NCBI GenBank assembly: GCA_013239625.1
Contig: MU055785.1
Span: 622,001-686,000, forward strand
Direction: 5' to 3'
Origin: Lama guanicoe
Lineage: Eukaryota
Length of the DNA: 64,000 nucleotides
Made by a program: the position numbers and the translations under genes. The notes beneath the pieces were generated by a model. The model searched no databases, had not been told where the DNA came from, and saw only the letters and a list, made by a program, of their open reading frames with translations. Below, piece by piece: positions 40,301-52,300 of this stretch; the stretch's first letter is position 1; each line of letters starts with the position of its first letter.

Positions 40301-43300
40301 AAACAGTTCCTCCAGAGAAGTCAAGTCACAACATGAACTGTGGCTGTTCTCAAAATAGGTGTTTCATTGGGTTTTTTTCCCCTCCAGAGTCAGACACGCC
40401 GACACACACGCATGGGATGCAGCTACTCCGCCTCAGGCTGAATCTGATCAGAGGACGTTTGTTATTTCAAAGAAGGAATCTGATTCTCATGGGATCTACT
40501 GCGCTGAAAGCATTGATGCTTTTACAGTGATCAAATCCATCACCATGAAAATCAGTCTCCTCTTGCTTTGGAAGGTATCACGATAAGATTTATTGTGTCT
40601 TTTAATTAATAAAAAGACTGTATATGACTTTTTAAAATGGTAATTTCGACCTCTTAGATCGACTTAGTTTAAGCTGTTATTATAATTCATTGAATTCCTG
40701 GGACAAAACGCAACAGAAAGAAAAAAAAGTGCTCGAGAGAAACATTAAAAGGAAGTTTCATCTTGTTTTAGGTTTCACAGTAGGATTTTTTTTTCACTTG
40801 CACTAATTAATAAAAAGATTGTATATGACTTTTAAAATGGCAATTTTGACCTCTTAGGTCTACCCAACTTCAGGTGAGCTCAGGGCAATAGGACACCGGG
40901 ATGCCCGTGGCCTCTGGCCAGCCAAGTAGGGAAGAGCTCTCTTACTTCTTTGGAAGTCACATTCTCCAGGTCCTGACTCATCATGATGCTCCGGAGCTTG
41001 GCTTTGATGAGACGCTCGGTCCTTTCCCCTTCGGTCGGCCTGGAGAGAAAGCCCGATCAGGAAAGCGCAGAACCACGGAAGCCTGCGGCAGGCACCTACA
41101 GAAACACCAGCCGCTCCCGCGCTACATGGCACATGGCTTGGGCGTGTTCTCAGTGAGAAGGGAAGAGGGACAGCGAAGTCCTCCAGGGGCCACCAGAGGG
41201 GCGAGGAGACCAAGGGGGCAAAGGACGGTTGGGAAGCGCAGTCCCCATGCAGGTCTGCAGGGCCTCAGGCTCTTGGGAAAGGATTCTGGAACCGCCCTGT
41301 GACACCCCCACACCTCTGGGCCCTCCAGCCTCTGCTGAGGACCTCACTGCGTCCTTCTTACATGGAACCAAAATCTGTGTGTTTCCCTGCAACGTGTACA
41401 CATCAGTCTGGTTCTGACCCTGGGGCCACACGGGCCAGGCTAATCCTTCCTCCAAGGGCATACGTCCTCTCCAGTCCTCTGGTAATTTCTCGGAGGCCTC
41501 ATACAACGGTGACTTCCTGGCCCCTCTCATTAGGGTGGCTCCCCTCTGCCCACAGCCCTCTTACACGCAGTGTCCCGGAGGAACACGACGCCCTGGGGCA
41601 GGAGGGTCTTAACCAGGAGAGAAGGGCAGAGCTGCTTTCGCCTCTTGGCACTACACTTCGATGATCAGAGTGTGACCTCAGGCCACGTGAGTCACCGGGG
41701 CTGCCTCTAGGACACCTGCCCTTGGCCTGTGCGGGTGCAGCTGTGTTCTGGGGTCCATGGAACCAGACGTTGCATCCATCTTACTCCTAACAGTGGAGGA
41801 AGAGGCTTTGGAAACCAAGTCTTTGGCAACCTGAGGAGGAGGAGCCAGAGCACCACCTAAGAGCCGGGAAGGACGCGGGCCACACGTTCCGTTGGGAATC
41901 TAACGGACGTCACTGGGCCACTCCCCAGAAATGCATTCAAACTTGAATCTGTCTATGATTTTAAAGGGTGGGGGGTGATCATAGACCCTTCCCCCAGCGA
42001 GAGATACCCACAGGCTGCAGGTGAGGAGCCCATCGGAAACGCCAGTTTTGGAGAGGTGGACGACGTGGGGGCTAGGGGCTGGGGCACCGGGTGGGGTAGG
42101 GGACGAGACGCCAGCCAGGACACCCGCACTCACTTGTCCACAAACAGCGCCGGGGAGTCGGGCCGCGTGGACTCCAGGTCCTGCATGGCGTTCCACTCAT
42201 TGATGCAGCTCTGCTCGGAGCTGATGCAGCTCTCGTAGTAGGTGGCCCAGATGAGCGCCACGCCCCCGGGGAAGTAGTTGTGCCTTCGCGCCACCTCGCA
42301 GGCCTTGTGGAGGACCTGCAGGGCAGACCTGGGGTGAGGGGGCAGAGGGTCAGGCCCGGGGACGCACGAGGAGAGCTGGGCTTCCCCCCTGGACAGAGGG
42401 CTCAACCCAGGGCGCGGGGGTGCAGTTCAGAAAGGCCTGGGGGCCGGAGTCGCTCTTACACATGAGGTTACGTCAGGGAGACAGTGGGTCTCTGGGACAT
42501 AGCCAGTGACTCCAAGAGCAGTGAGAACACCTGTCACCATCCCCAACACACTTCCTAACTCTCCCAGCCAGGCCAGTTCCCAGGTCATTTCACGTCCACC
42601 GATGAACTCAAGAGCCGAGATGCACTCCTGGGCTGGTGGTTACCTTGAACGTAGGAACCGCACTTTAGCCCAGAAGCGGGAAGGAGAGAGTCCCCAACAC
42701 GCAGCAGCGCTACCTGGCTGCGTTCTCAGGAACTTCGTGTCTAACCCCCTCCCATCACGGTCCTAACAGCTTCGGTGCTTACATTTTCTAAGGAAAGCAG
42801 CTCTAGAAACTCATTTTAATACTGGAACTAACGAAAGAAAAGGTTTGGGAAGGCAGAGTGGGGCAGAAAAAACAATACAGAAAACATACATGGTAACAGT
42901 CAATTATCCTTTTCTCACTTCTTTTTACAAAACATACAGGCTGAGCATTTCTCAGGGAAAGGGGTGACTTGGGTGTCACCGAAGGGTGGGCGAGTGGGGC
43001 CCTGCCTGGATGGAGGGAGCTTTCAGAGAATAGCTCAACAGGGGTGTAAAAACCGCGGTGACCCAAGCCACCTTCCCCGAAGGCCCACATCTGACCTATC
43101 TCTAGGCCAGTGGACGGAAGAAACTGGAGCTGAATATTTACTAAATTTAGTTCTAGTTCTGAAGTTTTAAGAAAAACACATGGGCCTGTTTTTAACGTGC
43201 CTGTAGAAAAAGAGATAACACATTATTCAGGGACACAGAGAAACATCTGGGGCACCCAGAAACTGATGAGTTCATGATTTCCCCCCACAAGTGACCCTGG

Positions 43301-46300
43301 ATCGACTGCAGGAACAGAGGAGGCAAAAACGAAGCTACAGTGTTAACCTGTGGCCCATGGGAGAATTCAGCATTACTTTCACTGTCCTGGAGAAAGGAGG
43401 ACTTACTCTGAAACACTGGGCAGACTCCTTCTCATCAGACGCCACTAGCTTTCTCCCGAGTCTTTTCTAGATTATTCAAGAAGGACTGTTGTGTTGAGTC
43501 TGCTGCAGGAGTGGTCAGCGCGGCCCTCCAAGGACCAGGGCGCTCTAAGACGTGTGTCAGGGTGGGGGAAGGTCTGGAAGCTGACTGACTTCACCCACAG
43601 CTGCCTCACCCCCACGCAGGTATCCAGGGAGGCCCTACCCTACCCGGGCCCCTGGACCCTGCACCACGTATCCCACAGCCTGGCACCTGCCCCTCTGTAC
43701 ATGTGACTTCGCTCGTGTGTTTGTGGCCACCTCCCTCCACCGACTTTAAACCTCATGAGGACAAGAATTATGTCCGTTTTATGCCTCTCCAGATGCTTCA
43801 TGGAGCAAACTGAGTGCCTGCTGTGTGCCTGGGACAAGGAGGAAGTGAATTTATGTCCAAATGCCATTCTGTCAGCAGGACTGGACAAACCACCCAATCA
43901 AAAGCTGGCCAAAGGACCTGAACAGATATTTCTCCAAAGAAGATACACAAATGGCCAATAAGCACATGAAAAGGTGCTGAAGGTTAATTAGTTGGGGAAA
44001 TAAAACCATGAGATACCACTTCACACCCATCAGGATGGTTTTTACTGAAAAAAAAAACAAAAAAAACAAAAAAACAAAACCCTTACAGAATAGTAAGTGT
44101 TGACTAGGATGTGGAGAAACTGGAACCCTTGTGTCTTCCTGGTGGGAATGTAAAATGGCGCAGCTGCTGTGGAAAACGGTTTGATGGTTCCTCAAAAGTT
44201 AAACAGAATTACCATCTGATGGAGAAATTCCACCTGTAGGTATAGACTCCAAAAGAACTGAAAGCAGGGGACTCAAACAGATACTTTGTTCCCCAATGTT
44301 CACAGAGTTCTACTCACAGCTGCCAAAAGGCGGGAAAAAAACACAAATGTTCATCAAGAGATGAGTGGACAAACAAAAGCAGTACGCCCGTGTAGTGAAT
44401 TATTATTCAGCCTTAAAAGAAATGAAGTCCTACAGCGTGGAGGAAGCCTGAAAGCAGGATGCTACGTGAAAGAAGCCAGACGGAAAAGAACAAATACTGT
44501 GTGATTCCCACTTAGACGAGGTACCTAGAACAGGCCAATTCACAGAGAGAGAGAGCAGTACAAAGGTGACCAGGGGCTGGGGGAGAGGCAATGGAGAGTT
44601 ATTTTTTTTAATGAGTACAGGGTTTCTGTCCGGACTGACGAAAAAGTTCTGGAAATGGACAGTGGTGGTGGACACACAACACTGAATGTACTTTTAACAT
44701 CACTGAAACGTACGTTTAAAAATACTTAAAGTGGTAAATTTCACATTACGTATATTTTCCCATGCACACAAAATAAACATATCTAAATGTGCTTCTAAGT
44801 AGAAGGGGGGTTTTTCTATTTGTGTGGTCAGCTAGCAACATACTTCTTGGGAGTTAGGAGTCCCTAAAACCACACTTACCACATGGCCTGGACAGACACG
44901 GGCTTGAAGACGTGCATCCTTCCTGCTGTGCTGACGCTGAATCCACTGAGAATGAAAAACAAAAGACAGCGATGTGGTGAGAAGCCAGACCTTCTGACCA
45001 CATCACTGCCAGACAGTGGGGGCAGACCCACCGTGGACACTCTGAGGACAAGCGTGTCTCACGCTGTCTGATGAGGGACTACAGGCCACACACACACACA
45101 CAAAAAGAAAAAAAGATAGGTTTTCAAATCCAGAAGACTTGTTTTTAACCCAGCAATGCAAAGTCAGCCAAAAACTGAAACCCCAGCAAAGGATGCGAGG
45201 CAACATTAGCACTGGACACTGTCAGCCTGAGACCATCCCACCCACTTCGGGCCCCATCAACTCCATCTGTGTTTTTTAGTTATGTTAAAAACACATTAAT
45301 GGAAGACAAAAAAGTTCAAAAAGAAAAATATAGCCACAGTCCCATGTCTTTAGTAAATCAAATTATTTTCCCCTCCTGGGTCTATCCATGAGGCAAACTG
45401 CTGGAACCTCAAGTAGAGATAATTTCCTACCTGGCTTCTTTCCGCTCACAACAGTACCTGCGTGATCCCCCTGGGGAGTGAACATCTGTGGAACCCGGAC
45501 GGCCCGCTGGCCCTGGTCTGGCTGCCCAGGCCCAGCAGGAGGGCTCCCCCTCTGCAGCTCTCAGGGACCCTGAGCTCCTGCTCGGCCATAGTCATCATTT
45601 CCTGTGTTGTCACTTGAGGGACCGGCCCCTGGAGGGCACAGAGCGAGGACCCCTCTAACTAACCCAGGCAAATGCGTGAACGTCTGCTTCCTGCTGCTCT
45701 TGAACTTCGTAGGGCAGCAGAGGTCCCGTAAAATGTCTGCGCTGACCCTGCACGACCCGAACTCCCTCCTATCACATCCCAGAGGTACCCTTCCTGTCGT
45801 GGCTCCCAGGAGGGCAGTGTGGTTTCTCCTGATGTGATAAACAAGTCACACACGTGATTCTGCTGTTAATGATCATCCAGCGATGCCCAAACCAACTCGT
45901 GTTTCAAAGCCAACAGCGAAAGAAGCCTTTGAAGAGATCTCCTTACCCATCTCCGTCGAGGTGGATTTTTGTGTCACTCCACAGTCGGAGAACCATCCCG
46001 ATGGTACAGCTTTTGCTACGGGGAGGAAAGAGGAGAGTTAGGGGGCCACCTGCCCACACGTGACCTCCCTGTCCTTGGTCTCTGTCCGGCCTATCCAGCT
46101 CATGGGGGAACCACCGCTGGCCTGGGTCCGGCTGCCTAGGTGTGTCTCTGGGAGAAGCTCGAAGGCTGTCTATAGGGACCGCTCGATACTAAATTCCAGA
46201 AGATGTGGGTCGGGATGGTCCCACTACAGGGAGTCACCTGTGACCTCCGCGTGGAGACAGTCACATGGTCCTCTGACCCCACCATCCTGCTGTGGACGCA

Positions 46301-49300
46301 GCTCCACTAACACCAGGTCCCCGCTGCAGTTCTCGGGCACCGGAAGCAACCGGTTGACCATATGCCCGCACTGGAGGGGGATGAAGCGCTGGCGGCTGCA
46401 CACCCCTGGCATGGGGCCAGACGCACCCCAGGCAGCGGAGGCCACCCCCAGCCTCCCATCCTGGGGTGACGGGGGAGGGGAGACTGCCAACACCACGACT
46501 GGAGCTCACTTCTGCACCTCTGTCTCTGGACCTTCCATGCAGCTGCTGTTTTAAAGACTAGCTTAACCTGCTTTGTTTCATGCATCCTCACAGTGAAATG
46601 ATACCAGCCTGGCGCCACGGGAAAACACCGAGGGAAAGAAAGTGCTTTATCAGAGGGTCTCCTTGGATCACAATGAAAATCGCTCAGGCATTTGAAAAAG
46701 TCTGCTTGTGAGAAATGGCTGTCACTGCCAAGGTCAGCTCCAACGACCTCCAGGGATCCCGAGCCTCCATCTCTGCTACCACCCAACAACCCCCCGGGGA
46801 GCCCGGGTTACCCACGTGCGGCTGTGCGCACGGGCGGCTCTGGAGCGCACAGAACCCGCCCTTCCTCCAGAGCAGCCACGGGGGAGCTTCCCCACCCTCT
46901 GCTTCTGCATCTGTGTGGAAGGTCGTTTGAAGCCCTTTGGGTCAAACCAGGCTAAGCCTCTTGCGTTGGGCAGGTTGTCAGGTCCAACCCTGCAGTCCTA
47001 CCCATTCTTGATGGGCTAATTATACTTCCTTTGTAGAGCTGCAAAATAAAATGTGCACTGAGGCTCAGAGCTGCTGGGGTTACCTGGCTGTGTCGTGCTA
47101 GGGAGAGGCGAGGAGGGGGCCTCTCAGAGCCCAAGACTGACGTGCAGAAAGCCCAGGGAAGGGGGTTCCCTGGGAACGTGTGGGCGGACCTGGGAACTTC
47201 CAGCACCAAGGACCCCCGCCAGGGACTGAGAATGAGGACAGAAAACAGCACTGAGACCTACAAGGAGCACAGACTGGGAGCCGGAGGCCCAGGCTGCGGG
47301 CAGAGATGAAACTGTCCTTCTGAAACCAGGGCGGCACCTAAACCCCCGTTTAGTGCAGAGACGGGGAAGAGTCCAGCGAGCCACATGCAGGGGGCAGAAG
47401 CCCACGGGAGGAAGACTTCCACTCAGGGTCTCCACCCAGAGTCAAGAACACAGACCCTACGTGACTTAACCGCTCTGCCAATTCTGTAACATCCCCTGAT
47501 CTGTGGTTTTTGTGAGTCTCCAAGAGTGCTATAATGACTGATGATAGAATTTCTACAATGGAGGGCCTGTGGGTTTACAGAAGTGGGAGGCAGGGACGGG
47601 ACACATGGTCAGGAGGACTGGGTCTTTTCAGGGGAGGAATGACCTCAAGGGATAAAGCGGGAGGGGAAGAAAGCAGTCCCATGTTGCCGGGGTCAGCACA
47701 GCACGGACAGAGAAGCCAGCAGGACCTGCGTCGGGGCCAGAGGTGCGGGCAGGAGACAGTTCTGTCCTTCATGGGCTGCAAAACACTAACAAGTGGAGGA
47801 CCTGCTCCCAGCACCCAGGGTGTCCCCGAACCTGAACCGAAAAGCCCCTTGACCCACCTCCCCAAACACAGGAGACCGGCACTGGCCTTGGGGTTGGCGC
47901 CCACACTCGGACCATGGCTTGGGCTGGGACGGTGGAGGGGACACTGGCCTGAGAGCAGAGCATGCAGAGGCGAAGGGACCCAGGGAGAGGGGAGGTGGTA
48001 AGAACCAAAGCCAGGTGCCTGGGGGCGGCAAAGGCGGGTGAGGAGGGGCACACAGGCCCGTGTACTCCAGCTGGTCAAGAACGACCTTGGAGCGTGTGTG
48101 TGGGTCCAACGGTTCATCCATGACCTCCAGACTGTGAGCCCGGAGGGAGCAGAGGCCGGGTCTCTCCCACGGATGTGGCCCCCCATACCCGGCACACAGG
48201 AAGTGCAGACACATGCACATACGGCGAGGCTGCGAGTAGCCCAGTGAACAAGTGGGTGAAGGAGGCGGCTGCAGCAGGGTGGTGACTGGGAGAGGAATCA
48301 GTGGTCTATACCACAGGTCTACAATAAAAGCCCGATTCTGAGTCCCGGCTCTGCTACCAGGAAGGACAGCCTTGGTGTAACCACTCCAACCTCCTGGGCT
48401 TCTGAGTCCTCATTTGTACAGTGCAAGTTAGGGCCGCCAACCCCATGGCGGGAGGAAAGGGTCAAGCGAGATGTTTATAAAGATCGGGTTCATTGCACTC
48501 TATGCTCTCCGACGGAAGCCAGAGAGTTGACGGGGAAGAGGGTCAGCCTTCCACGAGGCTGAGTCGAAGTGCACATCCTACAGGGAGGCAGATCTCAGCT
48601 CAGGGCCAGTAAGCACGACTGGGATGGATCACACACGTCGAGGCCAGTCCCTGCCCCGGCAGGACTTCAGAAAGCCGGGCTAAGCATTCGGAGAACAAAC
48701 ATAACTGCAGAGCTGTGGCGTGCCAAATGCCTCTGCCTCACAATCAGACAGACGGAGCTCTGGCCGTTTCTGAGAGCACCTGCCTGAGGCAACCTCAACC
48801 CACAGCACGGAGCCCCCTGGTCTCCCGGGGGCCCTTCAGAGCTCACCTCCCGAGGCATGTCCTGGCTACGTGTTCTTCCCGACCCAGACTTCCGCACCAG
48901 CCGAAGGCCACAGGTGCCAGCTCGCACTCACCTCCCCAAGCGTGCGGCAGCAAATCTGCTCAGAATGCTCTTACGGACGGGGAAGGAGTGCATAGAAGAA
49001 ACGCCCTCCCTTTCAGGTCATTTACTTGTCACAAGCCATGGAGTTTGGTCACAGCGTGTGACCAACACCAGCCCTCTTGCAGAAGCAAGATGACACTGCA
49101 CGGCGGCCACGTCGTGCATCGCCTCCATGGCTTTTGCTTTTTGCTGTCGGTTCTGCCCGAAATGCTCTCCAGATGCACCCCCTCCCTGAGCTTACAGGCC
49201 CTCTGAGGCCGAGAACTAACCGGGGGTACCGCTGGTTCTCTGCTCACCTGGGCCGAGCCTACTGCTGCAGACCCCAGAGAATGCAAATGAACGGTCTGCT

Positions 49301-52300
49301 TAATGGACGAGCAGATGAATGAATGATGGACACAGGGAGTCCACTTTAATCTAGTTTCAGGCTCTGCAATGATCTCACACATTATGTTACCCTTGACTGT
49401 AAGAGAGTCATCCACCTTGGCTTCACACACATAATAGTCTATGATAGAACACAGCCCCCCATTATTGGGAAATTCCAAACCTCTCTTCAAGCCTCTGACC
49501 CAAGAGCCATCAATAAGCCCTTGGGTTTAATCGAGGGGATGTTAACACTGGATAAGACGATTGAGAGAGCGCCTGTCAATCACATGCTGTATGAGCTGTC
49601 TGCCTGGAGAGCGTCCTTCCTGCTTTACCTGGCTGGCTCCTGCATGTCCTGGGGTGTGCACCACAGATGTCACCTCCTTCAGGAAGCCCTCCTGGTTAAG
49701 GTGCTTTCCTCTAGTATACCCCAGATAGGACACAGGGGTAAACCTCTAAGCGTGGTGTTAACTGCTCTACCCTCTAGCAGACCCTGAGCAGAGACTGATC
49801 TAGCACACACCCGCACACAGGAGCTGAGACCTTGTGCCCCACCATTCCCAGCGCTCGACTGTCATCCATCCCATCGTCACCTCCATGGATATGGGGCCCC
49901 GGAAACCTTTTCCCAGCCGTGACTCCTGTCCCCGTCGCAGAAGGGAACCACTGTCCCAGCAGACTCACCTTTCCTTACTGGAAAAGTCGACTCCCAGCAA
50001 GATACTCTCCTCCGTGTCCTGGCGCCCGCTGCTGTCCACCACCACCATGTACCGCACCCGCTCCGCCCAGGCACTCTCCAAGCGCACGGCCTAGACAGCA
50101 GACATGCTCTCACCGCCTGCCCTCCCAGGTGGCGGCCCCTTCCTTCACCAAACGGACACCAAAGACTTTTGTTTTTAACTTTCCCCCGAGAGTTTAGGAA
50201 TTAACATGAAATTCTTAAGTCTCGTTTACATCCCCAGCACGAGGGACAGTGCCTGGCTCAGAGCAACTCCCGATGTCTGCTAAATGGGAGAACAAATAAG
50301 ATTCAGGGAATGACGACTCCAACTTAGCACAGATGGACACAGAGACCCGATACACCCTTTCTCTGCACCTCCTGGGTTCTGAGGAGCAGACTGAGCTCTG
50401 GCTTTTGTAAACAGTTCGGGAGAATCTGCTGTAACGTAAAAGCTCCCCCCCGGCCCCAGCCACCCCCAATCCCTGGCTCATGAGTAATCCCCTGCCAAAT
50501 TTCACGATGAAAAATTAAAACTTGCCACTCTCGTCTCTTCTTACCAGCTTGATTCTATCTTCACAGCGCAGAAGGTTGATCATTACTTGAAGATGTTGAG
50601 GCAAGTCCCCTGTTGGATTGATGAAGAAAGTTTTAAAAAGGTCACCCACCTACCTTCTAGGCAGAAGCCTAGGAGAGGCTGATTTTAAGGGTCTGGAAGA
50701 AGACACAGAGGTTAAAATTCCGCTACCTGTGAGAGAAACATCACAAAAACTTAAAGTCTCGATTTCTTTTACTCTGTTCCTGAACATTACATGATGAGGA
50801 TGAGTGAGATACACAGTTTACTGCCAGGTTTTTAAAAGTTGCTTTTATTTTCTGAAATAATTGCAACACGGGGTTTTTTTTTTTTTTTTAAATACAAAAT
50901 CTGAAAAACACAGACAAGGCTAGAAAAGAAATGTTATTAAATCCAAGCAAACGTGACTTTGCAGGGTGGGGCAGCAGAAATTACAGGCGTGGCTGAAAAA
51001 AGGGATTTGCTAAGGGTCAGTCTGAAACAAAAAGGGCTGGGTGTCATTTTTTCCCACTTTAAACTCATCTGCATTTCCCGTAAGAGAAAGCAGTGACCTC
51101 TATCTACAGGCAGGGAAGTGTCCCAGTGACCCTACGGAGAGAAGGTGCGCGCTGGGTACCCAAAGACATAAATAACAATCTGTCATTTTTTTCTTGCTAA
51201 AAATTGTGTACTCTTTTTGGGGGGTTCCCCTTGGTTATTTAAAAGAGGCAGGAATCCGGAGTCGGCTTCTGAACTTCTCTGAGCAGCCCCAGGGTCCCAG
51301 GGGTGCCTCTGTGCTGGAGGGAGGAGAGGTGAGTTTCTCAGCGGTGGTGAGTTTCCACAGCCACAAGGGATCAACCTACCCAGAGAAGGGCTGCGTGTCC
51401 CAGGCAGAGGGGCCCCCGAACTGAGCTTCAAAGTTAGCAAGCAGCAAGGGTGGTTCTAATGCCACCTTTTTTTCCTAGCTTGTATCTATTTTTAAAACAT
51501 ATGCATGGGTTTCTTTCTGAAGAAAAGATTCATTTGTCAAATGCTGGTCTAGAAGAAAGTGCAAGTTACAAGTGACTCATGGAAAATCTGTGTTCATTTC
51601 AATTTGTGCCACACCTCGAATAGAATTATCTTTTTTTTTTAAAATTATCCTACAGATCACAATTAGAACTCTAGAGGGATCAGTAAGTATATTGGATTTG
51701 TTCCTTTTGCAAAAGGAGCTTTTTAATTTTAGGGGAGATTGACATATGATGCCCAAACTGCATTTCTGGCCTCAAAAAGGAACCAGGTCATTAGGAACGT
51801 GCCCTGCTGTCTACCCTCACACAGGATCCCACAGTGGAAAACACCTACACTGGCTTCATGTCCTACAAGGGATGACATGGAGGTGACGGTTCGCATTAAA
51901 GCAGGACACGGAACAACCTGTTCCCTTCTTGTACATTACAGTGCCGTCACCTGTCCTGTCTCCACTCTCAGGAGGGCACAGCCCCCGTGGCTGGTTCTTG
52001 GTTCACCCGGGCCCCACCACCATCCACTCCCGAGTCACAGAGGCAGCACAGAGATAAAAGCAAAAATAAGCCCCTTGTCTGATGAGTGGCTCAGTGAAAG
52101 GGACGTTTCCCACACAGACAGACCCCTTTCAGTGGGACTGTCAGCTGAGACGTGGAATTGCTGACAGAGAGAAAATCCCTGCCCCGGCCTGGCATCCACA
52201 GACAGGCTCTGCGAGTTGAAGCAGTCTGCACATGCACAAGGAAGCAGGCAGTCTGAGCCTACAGTATGGGCGGGCCCTGGAAGGAAAGAGTCTCAGCCTG

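Noticed and set aside
40400..40600. Intronic snoRNA candidate in intron 9
   Set aside because: No properly spaced C (RTGATGA)/D (CTGA) boxes with a terminal stem, and no H/ACA layout on the sense strand. An Infernal/Rfam scan would settle it.
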